64,000 nt of DNA from Cercozoa sp. M6MM (taxonomy: Eukaryota; Protista; Endomyxa: Ascetosporea). Both the position numbers and the translations under genes were made by a program. The notes beneath the pieces were generated by a model, which made no database searches, was not told the origin of the DNA, and saw only the letters and a list, made by a program, of their open reading frames with translations. Positions 1-13,200 of the stretch are shown here, one piece after another. Within the stretch, counting starts at the first letter, position 1. The number at the start of each line of letters is the position of its first letter. The stretch lies in assembly GCA_040357565.1 (NCBI GenBank), contig JBDODJ010000009.1, one strand, 5' to 3'.

Positions 1-3000
1 CAGGTGCAAGATTGTTCCTTTGTTGTCAATCAGGAGTGCGATACGGGATTCTCCTTTTTCTTTAGCGTGTTTGATGAATTGCATTATGGCAACTCTTTCT
101 GCATCATAGATAGTCGCGTTGGTGGTTTTGCCATTGCCAGATCTTAGTCTTCCATTTACTGGTTTTCCTGATGTCCAGCCGTAGCCTGCTTCGCTTCCGG
201 CAAGGCTGCCGTCAGTTGCGTACACTTGTTGTATCTCTGCTCTGTTCGAGAGGTCACGTATTAGTTGGAGCCACTTGTGCTTGTGGTGTTCAGCATCCGT
301 TTTCCGTATTGACCATGTCTCGTGTTCTCTGGGTCTGTTCACTGTCTTGATGATCCTTCCGAGAATCTTTCTCCTTCTTTGTGGTATTTCGCTCAGTTCA
401 GCGTCGGTGATCTTGCGGTTTGTGGCTGCTCTTCTCCAAGCGGAAATTGGTGTGGTGTCAGTTTGTAGACACAGTGTGCTCTCTTTAGCGTAGTGATTGA
501 TTAGTTCTGTCGCTTCTGCTCGTTCTGCCATCTCTTCGATTGTTCCTGTGTCGGTGATGGTGTACACTGCCTCGTTGGGAGAGCTCGTGGGTAGTCTCAT
601 GCAGATCCTCAAGGCGGTGCGTTGTGTTATTTCGAGTTTTCTCCTCCATTTTGTGCTGCCTATTTTGTGCCACCAGAGCGCGATGCCGTATCGAGCGCAT
701 GACAGTATCCATGCTTTGTAGATCTGTACCGCTAGGTATTGTGTGAGTCCGGACCTTGTGTATATCAGTCTTTTCAGTGTGTTGATCCTCCGAGTGATTT
801 TGTGGTGTAGTTGCTCTGCGTGTGCCTCGTATGACAGGTTTCTGTCTATGAGGAGACCTAAGATTCTCATTTTGTCTACTTGCTCGATGTCGTCTCTCTC
901 GTTGTCGTGGGACAGTGTTTTCATTCTGATTTTGAGGTCTCTGATTGTCTTCGTTCCCAGTTGAATGAACTGAGTCTTTGTAGGTGCGAATTCCATGCCG
1001 TTGCGTTTTGCCCAGGTGGTGGCTGTGTCCAAGAGGCGCTTACAAGCTTCCTGCATGTCTGATCTCTTTGTTGTCCTTACTATGATGTATGAGTCATCGG
1101 CGTATCCGACACTGTGTGCAGTGGCTACTGCTCCTTTAATTTTATAGTTACGGGGGTGTCGTTTCATGTGTTCTCCTGTTCTTTGCAGTTGTATGTGCAT
1201 GTCATCGAAGAAGGTCTTTGCGAGTAGAGGACTGCAGATGGCCCCTTGGGGAGTGCTGCCGTTGACTTGTTTGTCTGTTGATTCGGTGTCGTTTCTTCTC
1301 ACCGAGATGGTTCTGTCTGAGAGGAAGGACTCCATGAGTAGCAGTTCTTTGCCATTCACATGTTTAGACAGGGCAATGATTGCACCCTCTTTGTGGAGCT
1401 TGTCGAAGAAGCCTTTGATGTCTAGACTAATGACTGTCATGTACTCTCCTGCTTTCTTTGCCATTTCTGCCTGCTGTTGTATGTAAGCCAGTGTGTCTAG
1501 CGTTGACATGTGTTGTTTCCACCCAGATTGGTACTTGGATACATACTGTGTGTTCATTTGTTGGGATGCTCTCTCGTTCATGAGTTTGTCCAGTAGCTTG
1601 CCGAGGCACGGCAGCAGCGAGATGGGTCGGTAGGACGCTGCCTTTGTACAGTCCTTGCCAGGCTTGGGTAGCATCACTATAGTTGCATGTTTCCATGCCT
1701 ACGGGAAGTACCCATGTGTGAGACAGGCATTGTAGACCTTCAGTAGCAGTTGTTTGGTCTCATCTGGTAGGTGTATGATGTGGTGGTTCATGATTTTGTC
1801 TCTGCCAGGTGCCTTGAATGGCGGGAGAGTGTTGATTGCAGCTTCCAGTTCGTCCATTGTCCATGGTTTTGGTGCTTGTTGCAGTTGTGCTGCCTGTTGT
1901 AACACCTCTTGGTGTTGTTGTGCGAATCTGTTCTCTTCGAGTACTTCATTGTTCATTGCGAATTGGGACCAGTCTAGTGTGGTTTTCTTTTGTAAGTGTT
2001 CTGCAAAGATCTCTGCGATGGCTTTGTCTTCTGAGGCACCCTCAATTGTTGAGGCTCTGGTAGCGCCATTAGTTTCTCTGTCATTGATGTTTCTCAGTAG
2101 TCGAGTGGTCTCCCCAATTGTTGTGTGTGCGTTTAGTCTGGCCACTCTCTCCTGCCATAGTGCTTGTCTATCAATGCGAAGGCTTTGTCTGAGTTGTTTT
2201 CTCATGTTTTTGAGGAGTGCTTCGAGTTCAGACGCATCTTCATTTTTGTTTTTCAGTTCCTTAATGAGTTTCATGGTGCTATATGTGTTCCTCTTGATTT
2301 TTATCGAGTCGACCGATATGCCTAAGCATGAGTGTTGGGTGATTATTTTGGTGGGTGTTGCCTCTTCTATGGCTTCCTGCATGGCTTTGGTGATGTCTTC
2401 GACTGTGTCATTGATTTGCTCGATGTTGTCCACATCTCTCTCTTGTGATAGCAGTCGGATCGATTCATGTTCTTTGTATTTTTGGAGATCTATCTTCTTG
2501 TAGTTCTTTCTCCGTATAGTGTGTTTTGGTTTACGCACTGCTCGTTCTACTGTGACCATAACAGCGTGGTGGTCGCTGTATAGGAAGTGCAGGTGATCGT
2601 AGACCGATATTGTAGATTGTGCTGAGATGACACTGTCAGCTATCGCGAGGTCTATCGTTGTTCTGGGCTTGGCCTCTGCCTCTCCTCGGACTCTGTAACT
2701 GTGGGTTGGAGTGTACTTGTTGAGTATCTCCCAGTCATTTTCAGCTATTGCTTCTTGTAGGGCAATGCCTTGCTTGTTCGCCCGCGCTGATGTGGTTCTC
2801 GTTGTACCGTTGTCTACGTGTTCCTGGGAGTATCCAGCTTGATCTCTGGTATGTGCACACCACTTGGCGTGTTTTGCATTGAGGTCGCCAAGAATGAGAC
2901 CAGGCTCCTGTGTTCTACTGTGGAATTCCTTGAAGTCAGTTGTCAGTTGCTGCATTTGTTCCTTGCAGTTTCTGTCGGTTGGGTGGATGTAAGCGTACCA

Positions 3001-3792
3001 TAGATGGAATCTCGTTCTCTTATGTTGTCCCACTCTTAGGTGGATGTATGAGGATGTTGCTGGGTTCCAGACACCAACTATATGTAGCAGTGCTTTGTGT
3101 TTGCTGTATATGAGTGTGCCTTCTCGGAGTGTCTTGTTGTCTTCTTTGGATAGTTTTGGCGCAATGGAGGCGACCAGTGCGTATTCGTTTAGTCTTTGCG
3201 GTGGGTTGTTGTGTCTGGTTTCACTTAAGCATACGATGTCCGGCCTTTCTTCGGGTTGTAGGCAGTATATGCTGCTCAATAGTTCTTGTTGTTTTTCCTT
3301 GTTGAAGGTGTTCACGTTTTGGTGTAGGATGCGTAAGTTTAGTTTCGTACTTCTTTCAGCGTGGTTCTGTAAGGCCCCGATCTTTGCCCGCCTGAAGGCC
3401 TGCTGTATCGTTGCCCCGTTGAGTGTGCGTCTTGCGGTGCACCTGTGCTTAACTCGTTTGTCTGCGCGTTCGTACAGTTCTTTTATTCTTTTCTGTCCTG
3501 TCTCAGGTTCCTGTATTTCTCCTTGTTCTAGCATGTATGCTCCTAGGCCTATTTCCCTCATGTCGGGTATAATTATCTCATCAATGTGACGATCGTTGTT
3601 ATTGTTGTCATCACTCTCATAGGTTTCTATTCCAATCTCTCTCATACCTGGTATCCCGATCTCGCCGTTTGGGTGGTCCCTCTCTTCTCTGTTATTCTCT
3701 GCGTGCCTTGTTCGTTTATTGCGATTGTTTACGCTCTCTGCTCCTTGTATATCAGCCAAGGCTCTGTTCCGTTTTTCTCCTATTCTAATCAT
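1..3792 (-). pseudogene. LINE polyprotein ORF interrupted by a single TAG at 1699-1701
   Basis: The frame resumes directly after the TAG (YFP*AWKHATIVMLPKPGK) and runs through YADD without frameshift. No downstream ORF appears in the track, consistent with the frame staying open to the window edge. Confidence 0.8.
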
Positions 3793-3887
3793 CGCTTGGT
3801 GTGTATTTTTGGTAGTGGGTTCTACGGTTGTGCCTAACCGGCGGGTTCACTGACAACCGGTAGTAACACAACTAACTCGGACTGATG
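1..3887 (-). mobile_element. Non-LTR retrotransposon (LINE), single ORF APE endonuclease-RT-RNase H; 3' end outside window
   Basis: Intronless, A-rich sense strand. Endonuclease motifs HQNVN, DIVCLSET, GDLNAKH, TIDL, SDH; RT motifs YRPISLL, LDIKGFFD, TPQG, YADD; RNase H motifs TDGS, DAE, LIDN at ~20-220. Initiator-like CATCAGT at 3881-3887 taken as the putative 5' end. Confidence 0.93.
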
Positions 3888-4027
3888 TACGTACACGTCG
3901 TCGCGTCCCGTCCGTCGCATTCCTTCAAATTCGACTCCTGAATTTGCATGCAAGGATGCGATGCGACCGAATTTAACGGAAAGCAATGCGGCAATCCGCT
4001 CGTTCTGTTCCATGCATTCGTCAAGGC

Positions 4028-4106
4028 CTAGGTGAATTCAGGCATTGGCGCGGCGTCATCCGAGTCGCTTTCGCCGTCCTCATCGTGATGCACCGACGCC
4101 ACCTGT

Positions 4107-4160
<54 letters not shown>

Positions 4161-5364
4161 ACACATACACATGCACACATGCTTATTGACGAAAGTGTGC
4201 GTACGTACCTTGACAGTGGTGCCGTCGCTCATCTTTGCAACAGGCTCTGACAGCATTGGTGGTCTGCGTTATTACACAGAGAGTGAGAGATCAAGACTGA
4301 ATGGCTTGGGTGCGCATGTTTGGAAACCTCTGGAAGACGCCCTTGTTGCGCAGCTGCGTCAGCATCGTGTCGATTCTCTTCTCGCCCGTGCTACTCAGGT
4401 ACAAGGTGATTTATATGCATACATATTTAAAATAGTATCTGTGTGTGGCGGGGCAGTACAGCATGTCGAACGACAACGCACTCGGGAAGATGAACGTAAC
4501 ATTGTCTTCCTACGTGGTACAGGAGAGAAGTAAAGGGAACAAGGTAAGAGGCACAGAGGTTCGGTACAGGAGCACACGTGAAGCCAAGCGGAGCTTCGCA
4601 CTCCTCTATTAGACAACAAAGAAGATACACATATATGATACATGCATAAATGTGTAATACACATAAATACAGACAAGACATGTGGTACCACAGAGAAGCA
4701 GCCTTCGTCGTTCGACGCTCTTTTCGGACACCTTGACTGTAACTACATTCGGAGAGGAAGAGGTATCCAGGGGGACAGGGAAGGAATGGAAGACAAAGAT
4801 ACCCGGCTCGGACGAGAGCTTGCAGTGCCACTGCGCCTGCACCTTGCGCGTGTCCAGCACGATCCATCGCTCGGGTGTGCGCTACGCAGGGGTGGAAGGG
4901 AGTAAAAAGAGTAGGGGAAAGAAAGTAATAAGAGGGGGCGGGGGGGGGGGGGTAAAAGGGAGTAAGATAACAAGTCGGAAGAGACAGCATACCGGCAGCA
5001 GACTTGTGCCGTTGTAACAGATCAGCGAGAAATTGCCGCAGACACTGCAGTAGCTGCGGCGGCGGGGGGGGGGGGGTATATGGAGTAGGGATGAAAAAAG
5101 TACAGAACCCAGGCTACCTAGGTAGCAGCGTGTCAGCAGCATTGACGTGTTGCAGATGCGAATCGAACGTCGAGTACACCTTGGAGGCTGATCGAGAGGT
5201 TGCGGCCTCGCTCACCTTCTCGGCCTCTTCCTCCTTCATCTTCTCATAGGACGCACGCGCCGCAGCCTCTTGCTCCTCCTGTAAGTCAAAAAGCAAACAC
5301 TCTCGGTGACTCACAAACGCCACAGAAAGCAAACCTTGGTTCCCGTCGGTGCCGTTGTTGACAT
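4028..5364 (-). CDS. STEEP1: STEEP1/CXorf56 (UPF0428)-like zinc-binding protein, multi-exon
   Basis: Spliced product contains YCSVCGNFSLI...ERRRLLLCEECEAPLGF...VTFIFPSAL, matching the CXorf56 pattern YCxCG...ERxxxxxCxxCxxPL...VTFI. All introns GT-AG; TAG stop. Confidence 0.7.
4089..4180. repeat. (CA)n microsatellite in last STEEP1 intron
   Basis: Directly visible. Confidence 0.95.
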
Positions 5365-5728
5365 CGTGTTTTGTTTTCTTCCTTCGTCGACTCAAATCCG
5401 CCACAGACACTACTTATTCGTCAGTTAATCTAAGCCGACACGTGTCCAATGTCAACGCCAGTACGGATGGTGCCCAATCCCTCAAATATTCTACGCACCC
5501 TTAACAAAATTCAAGCGCATCGAGAACTGAGAAACCAAGCCCATTGAGTTTTCCAAGTGCCGCCTGTTGCTTTCGTACTTGCACTTTCAGTATAGGTGTC
5601 ATCGCAGTGTTCTCAAAGACAGAAATATGATCACTCGTCATTTGTTCAAAAAATCCTGGAATCTCACTAGTTGTTTGTTTTTTGCGATGCGCATTTAGCT
5701 GCCGACGCCTCGTGGGTTTCCGTGATAG

Positions 5729-8579
5729 ATGCGCGCGATTTTGGTGGCATGTGCGCTACTGTCGCTGTCGTGTGGCATCTATGCCGGTACTACACTACAA
5801 ACCGGGTTCATCTCCCAATCCAATAGAAGCGATTGCACGATTGCACAACAGGCTACTCGACAGCCGTGATTGCCGGTGCCAAGGAGGTATTCCCTGGCAC
5901 GCGAGATTTGTAACGGTTGCATACAATGCGTGCCACTCAGGGCATGGGCAAAGAACTCGGCTTCACTGAGGAGGACGTCGGCATCACGGGCATTCTGGTC
6001 TCGTCCATCTTGGTACAAGAGTCTGACTCACCTGGTTGGTACCTTTCACTGACTTGAGATGAGTGCCCAGGTCGGCGCCTTCTTTGCATCGATGGTTTGT
6101 GGTCCTCCCACGGATAAGTACGGACGTCGCCCGGTGTCCCTTGTACGTTGGTGTACCCTCCTAGGTATGGCTAGCTTGCAAATATATGTTCCTTTTAGGT
6201 GGCTGCTGTGGTGGCCACGGTTGCTACATTTGGCACCTTCCTCACGCCGGTACTCATTCTAAATAGACACAGATACCTAGAATGGTGCATGCGTATGTGT
6301 GTTTTTAATCAGGCATCTTGGGGTGTCTGGGCCGTGATCGTGGCGCGCTTCGTCCAGGTAGACCCTCTCGCTTAGGTTTATGTTGCTACCTTTCTGTGAC
6401 ACCTGCCTCATGTCGCAGGGCACGGCGTTGGGTGTGTTTACCTTCGCTGTTCCCGTCTATGTGTCGGTACCTTTCTACCTGCTACCCTAAGTTTTAACCG
6501 TTCACCGCTCTATCGCAGGAGTGTTCGCCTCCGCGTCTGCGTGGTGTCATGGGAACTTGTTTCCAGTTGTCACTCACCTTTGGTACCGACTCCTCTCGTC
6601 AGTTCTTGTGTTATCCGTTTGATTTTTTGTGTTGTGCGAAGGCATCTTTCTGGCCTACGTGGCCAATGTCACCCTCAAGGAGCACTGGCGATGGCAGATG
6701 GCCTTGGTATCGTCTCCTCAATTTTGTGCCTACCCTTACTGACCAATTCGGTTGCCTCGCAGTGCACAGTACCTTGCGTGGCCATGTTTTGCATTTTGCT
6801 TTTCGCCTCCGAGACGCCGCGTTGGCTCGTGGCGCAGCAGCGCGAGGAGGAGGCGCGTCCCCTGCTCGAATCCATCGTACGTTCTGTGTTGGGGGGGCAC
6901 CCATATGGGACAGGGGAGTAGCGACAGTCACAATGCAGATGGGTCTGGCTCACGCCGACGCGGAGATGGACGCCATCGCTGAGCAGGTAGTCTTTCTTCG
7001 GCCCTTTGTTAAATCTGTTTTGGATCACTGGAATTACCTAGGTGGCTCTGGCTCGTCAACGTCCGGCTCGCGGGTTCGGTAGTGTCTGATCTTTGTACTG
7101 GGGGTTATTGTCGTTGTCATTGCTGTTGTTGTTGGTGTGCAGGTGTTCTCTTCACCAAGCGCTTGCGCAAACCGTTGCTGATCGGCATCGTCCTGTGTTT
7201 CGCGCAGCAGGTAATGCTTGTGTGTCAAGCAGCGTGTTATTTCGCGCGGACGGTAGGATGATGCAATGTCTAGGCCACGGGCATCAATGCCGTGATCTTC
7301 TACGCTCCCGACATTATCGCTGATGCCGGCTTCTTCGAGTACCGCTGCACGTTAATCCCCCTCGAGATTCCAGTTTCCTCTTGAGCAGCAGCGAGAACCC
7401 GCGCGTGGATGACTACATTCTGCTGCTGATTGGTCTGTGGAACTTCCTGACCACAGTGTTCGCACTCAAGCTCGTGTCCAAGTACTCTCTTATTCTTGGA
7501 CTCTCACCTTATCAGTCACAATCGACACGTAGGTTCGGCCGACGTCCGCTGATGCTGGTGTCAGTGACGGTGATGTCACTGGCACTGTCGGTGCTTGCGG
7601 CCAGTTTCTTCCTCACTGACGATAAAGGCATCATGTAGGTTGTTGTTCGTGGGTTGGGGTAGATGTGTGCATCCATGTTTGTGGACAGCAAGGTCGGCTG
7701 GCTGGCGCCCGTGTCACTTGGTATTCCTACTGTGACTTTTCTCTATTAAACTGCATGGTGTGTTGGTGTAGGTGCACTCTTCGTGTACATTGGCTTCTTT
7801 GAGTTCGGTCCGGGTCCACTCTTCTTTTTGATGCTATCGGAGCTGTTCCCGGTAACCTCGTCTCCTGCCACCTCGTGCTTCCCATTTACCCTGTCCGCCT
7901 TTGCTATCGTGTTGTGTCTGCCAGGTGGATGTGCGTGCCGTGGCGTCCTCGCTGACCACTGCTGTTCAGTAAGCTTGTGCCAATTTTTTTCCTCAGGTAC
8001 TTGGCGTATATTCTCTGTGTGTAGGTGGGTGGTGAACATCACCGTGTCGGCTACCTTCCCGCTTCTGTCGAAACGGCTCGGTCCTGAGGTACGTTCCTCC
8101 TCACGTTGTCCGCGCGGATACATAAGTGTGTTGTGCTCACAGTGGGCCTTTGCGTTCTACGGTGGCGTTGGTGTCATCGTCGTGCTGCTGCTGGCTTCGG
8201 TCTTGGTGCCCCTTGTTTTTTTTTTGTCCATCGTGCACGTACACTGTGCATGATGCCAGTGACTCTTATGTTCTATGTGTGCATGTGTCTGTGTCGAGCA
8301 GGTCGAGACCAAGGACAAGACGCTAGAGCAGATCCAAGACGAACTGGCTGGACGAACTGCCCCTGTATCGTTGTTGTGGCTTCTTCTTGTCCCGCCATTT
8401 ATCCTGTCCTCTTTCTTCCATCAGCCGCCACCGGACGCGTTCTCGTCCTACCAGGCGCTCGACGATGTAAGTGCACCTGTCTCATTTTCATTTTGTTCAC
8501 ACTTTTTGGTGTGTGTGTGTGTGTGTGTTTATGTTTGTGTGTGTGTTTGTGTTTGTGTATGTGTGTATGTGTGTGTGTG

Positions 8580-8631
<52 letters not shown>

Positions 8632-8793
8632 TGTATGTGAAGGATGCTGCCATCACCGTGAACGACCAACGTCTCTACGTGGGTACGTTGTTTGCATTCA
8701 CGCTGTGCACGCACATGTGTCTTTTTCACTGCTCCAAAAGCAGACAGCGACTTGGCCCGCCCGTACGAAAGCACGCGCGATGAGATCTACTAA
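5729..8793 (+). CDS. MFS sugar porter family transporter (~24 introns; start codon uncertain)
   Basis: Motifs DKYGRRP, ARFVQG, VPVYVSECSPPRLRG, ETPRWL, QQATGINAVIFY, FGRRPL, SELFP, VETKDKTLEQI; TAA stop at 8791-8793. Confidence 0.93.
8509..8638. repeat. (TG)n microsatellite, intronic
   Basis: Directly visible. Confidence 0.95.
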
Positions 8794-9218
8794 CATTTGT
8801 TCGCTCCGGAAACAGTTTCTGCTCAGATACTTTAGTTATTGTTCTGACCCTTCCAAGTACCATGCATACCGTCGTCATGCCACGTATGCACACCACTCAA
8901 CGTGAGAAGTGGCACAGACTCTCTAAACTTGACTTGCCGGGCGTTTGTTTCTGACTGTAGTCAGTTCGGTTTCAATCGAAGAATCGCGGAAACTACTGTA
9001 GATGAGTTGCCATACCAGCGCTTGACGTCACGGCATCAAAATAAAAATACCATCAGATAAATTAAAAATTGGAGACGCTCGTCGCACTCGACGTTCGGTT
9101 GACTCGCACAAACCGACGTGGCGGGATTGAACTCGACTATCGATCACTTAGTTGTCAGTGTGCACGCAATCGAGGTGACGCAGCGTCCGTGAAGAGCGCA
9201 GCGCAGGTGCAGCGCACT

Positions 9219-10019
9219 TTAAGACGCGATGAGTGACTCTTCCGATCTGTATTACATGAACCAACCACATATCAGCGGAAGGAATGGACAGAGGGCACGA
9301 GAAGATACCGGAAGTGGTCGCCCAGCGTGTCGTCGCTGCTGACGGCAAAATCGAGTCGCACGTTCATGGCAGCCAGCTCGTTCGACAGGTACTGCAGCGA
9401 GTACGGCACTTGCACAGACTTGAGCTCCTTCTGGTGCGCGGGCTGCCCAGATTAACAACAACAACAAGCGTCAATACTCAAGTTGAACGAGTTCACACAA
9501 GAGCGAAACTTACGCCACAGACGGCACACACACGCGTCCGCTCAGTTCGTGCACCGCCGACACCTGTCCAAAACGTACAAATAAAGGCAAGTAAGCAGCT
9601 TGGGGGAAGGAACACGCACCGGCAAAGGCAGCGCCTACACGACGCTTCTGCGCCACGGGCGCCAGCATTGAGCCTGCACACGATACATATACATAAGCAC
9701 ATACGACAATATGGGGACACGAGGAAGCAGCGTACCGCATCGACGGCAGACATGCGTGGTGGCGTAGTCACTGCAGTTGGCCAGTCGGTCCTTGAGCAGG
9801 AAGGACGTGCCGTGACCGATGAGAGCGTCGCGCTCCATCTCGCCAAATCGCACGCCACCCTTGTTCTTGCGGCCCTACCCACATACACAGAAATATAATT
9901 CATATACGGACATTCATAGCATGCATGGACTACCTTGACAGGCTGTCGTGTCTGCATGTTTACTGGACCGAGTGCGCGCACCTGGGCCTTATCCTGTCAC
10001 CCGCCAGAATACACATGTC

Positions 10020-10063
<44 letters not shown>

Positions 10064-10172
10064 GGGGGGGGGNNNNNNNNNNNNNNNNNNNNNNNNNNNN
10101 NNNNNNNNNNNNNNNNNNNNNNNNNNNNNNNNNNNNNNNNNNNNNNNNNNNNNNNNNNNNNNNNNNNNNNNN

Positions 10173-10206
<34 letters not shown>

Positions 10207-13200
10207 GGGGGGGGGGTAGTTCGTACACGAGCACAGGTGTACCAGGATCATGTGACGCAGTCGCTGGTAGTGCACAATGCCGATAAAGATGTGCGCCTCC
10301 ATGCACTCGCCCGTGATGCTGCCGGCGAGATAAAGGAGTAAGTGGAGGATAGGGGTAGGGGGGGGGGAGGACCAAACCTACCCCGAGTAGAGCTGCTCGG
10401 TGCCGTATCGGTGGAAGCCGTGTTTCTGCAGCTGATCGGCCACCTGTACCACAGGCACGTGTGTCAAGTCAGTCAGTCAGTCAGTCAGTCAGTCAAGACA
10501 GTCAGAAGGTACCGAATCAACGGCCGGGTAGTTGCCACGTCCGGGCAGGTCGCTGCGGTAGCACTCCTGGAAGGGCGACGCGTTCTGCACCTCGCCGCTC
10601 ATGCAGGCCTCCTTGCCGGCCATCGATTCGATGAGCATACCAATCGTCTACGGAGGGGGGAAGGGTAAACAACAAGGGTACGTGGAAAAAGGGCGCACGT
10701 ACCATACGCGACGGGAAGGCGTGCGGGTTGATGATGATGTCGGGCACGATGCCCTCGCCCGTGAAGGGCATCGACTCGTGCGGCCACAGTTGTGACAGTG
10801 TGCCCTGTGCGAGTACACCAGTATCACTCCTCGGCTACACGCATGTCTCACACTTGGACAAGGTACCTTCTGACCGGCACGCGAGGCGAACTTGTCACCA
10901 ATCACCTGTGCACACGCACGTATCAAGTGGTACCACACGCCATGTGGCCCCCGCGTCGAGAAGGGAATGTTACCGGGTTGCGGTTGATGCGCCACTTGAG
11001 CGCGAGTTTCTGCAACTCGCCTGGTCGCTCACCGCCCAACAGTTGCACCTACAGGACGGTCCATTTGTATCGCGTAGCCACAACTTTAAGGGGCGGAAAT
11101 CTACCTGATCCAAGTAGGCCGGCTCGTCGTACTTGTAGCGAACGACGCGCACACGACTGCAATGGGGACAAGGCGGTAAGGGTAAAAAGGGACAAGAGGG
11201 GAAGATTGTACCCAGTGGTGTCGTTGTGCACCGTGTAGATCGGGTCGCCGCGCTTGAAGAAGGTACCCTACAAATGTACCGGCACGTGTGCGTTTCTTGT
11301 GGGGTCATAGATGGGTGTATGAGTCGATTGGTACCACACGTGGCAGACCATCGGCGTCGACACGTGACTCGGAGGGTCCCGTCTTGACAGGCTCGTCCTT
11401 GAGCGCCTTCTTGTGCCGCACCAGCGTCGTAACCTTCTTAGGCGGATTGGCAAACCGGTCGTGGATGGGCTCGCCGGCCACGCGACGCTCGCCGAGGTCG
11501 ATCACTTCCGTCTTGTACACCGACGCATGCACAAAGCCGCGCTCCATGGCCTGAGATCGGGTAGGGGTAAGGGCAAGGGTAAGGGGGCAAGGGTAGGGGT
11601 AAGGGGGCAAGGATAGGGGTAAAGGGGCAGAGAGGCAGTAGTACCTGCTTGTTGACGATCATGGCGTCCTCCATGTCGTAGCCAGTGTAGGAGATGACGG
11701 CCACGACCGCGTTCTGACCGACCGGGTAGTCGTTGAGACCCAGTGCCTTGTAGCCGTCCGTGCGGACCATCTGACCACACAGTCAAGTGACCACTTGACC
11801 ACACCACCACACCCCAGTGACGACGTGACTCAGTGTACCGGTTTCTGCGGCGTCTGGATCTTGTACAGCTTGTTGTCACCACGTCGCACCATGGCGTGAG
11901 CCGGGATGCCTGTAGTGCGTACGAATAGAACCAAGTCCATCTGGACGGTGCATTTGGACATGGTGGTAGTACCCAGGGACTGCTTGGCCATCTGGCACTG
12001 GTACATGTTGCGCGGCGACTGGTTGTAGTCGCTGAAGGGCGTGCACAGCGCCAGGTTCGACAGCATCGACTGCGGACTCAGTTCCTGGTGCGTCGTCTCT
12101 GTACAAACACGGGTACACATAGACAGTACACATATGGACAGTACATGTGGACAGTACACGTGGACAAGGGGGTACCAGGACGCGTGTCCGAGTCAACACA
12201 GGCCACATCGAGAGTCATCTGCTCGAGCGGCGCCACCCATTCAATCTTGGCGCACGCCAAGTTGCGCACCGGTCGCAGGAAACGCGCCGCGCCCGTGCAC
12301 AGCTCGATACTACCAGGAGGTGGGGGTAAGGGAGAAAATTGGATAAATGGGATAAACTACCCCAGGTGCTGTTTGTTGTTGGCGTCCAACGTGGCCGCAA
12401 TCTCAAGGTACTCCGGCACGCCGTGCACACCCTGCACGGGGGGGGGGGTAAAGGGGATAAAAGGAGTAAAGGGAATTGTACCAGCGCCTTGGCCTTGCGC
12501 ACATTGTTGCAGAAGAGCTTGGCCTGTCCAAATTATGTGCGTACACAATGTACGGTACAGGTACATACGGAACCAGTGTGGTCTGCTTATACCGAGTCAT
12601 GACCGACAAAACCGATTAGGATGCCGTCCAACTGGACTGGCAGAATGTTGGAACCGTTGCTGTAGCCAACTCATGTAACAACATAGGTGTTATCTGTGTA
12701 GGAAGACAGAGCTGTGTTACAGGTCCGCCCACGACTGCGCCGACACCATGCCGTACCTATCGGGGGGTAAGGGGGGTAAGAGGGCAAGATGCACAGTGAG
12801 TTAGTGTACTGGAAGAGAGTCTGGAGCAACTTGCGACGCTGCTTGGGACCCTTGTTCTTGAGGCCTGTCCATTTGTACCCCTCAGTTGTGTACAGTGCGG
12901 CAGTCCATCTGGACCGGCCGGTCCAAGTGTACCGGCAATGTTGAAGTCGCCAATGTTGGACGGCGTCAGTGACAGCGAGTTGGCCTGGATGTGACACTGC
13001 GCCGCCAAGTGGTTCAGCAGACCGCACGGCGAGCCTGTCAAGCGGTGAAGGAGGGTAAAAGACAAGGGGCGAAGGAGGCAATGGGGGTGAAGGGGCAATA
13101 GGGGTGAAGGGGCAATATGGGTGAAGGGGCAATATGGGTGAAGGGGCAATAGGGGTGAAGGGGCAATGGGGGTGAAGGGGCAATGGGGGTGAAGGGGCAA

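Noticed and set aside
1699-1701. UAG reassignment (alternative genetic code)
   Set aside because: TAG terminates host genes at plausible positions (uL6 KPGKRK*, STEEP1), and no in-frame TAG was needed in the conserved exons I reconstructed.
1754-3589. Plus-strand ORFs antisense to the LINE
   Set aside because: Shadow frames of the retrotransposon ORF with no independent motifs.
6143-6199. Recursive splice site (internal AG|GT)
   Set aside because: The whole intron is about 57 nt, a normal size here, and the halves would be far below the usual length.
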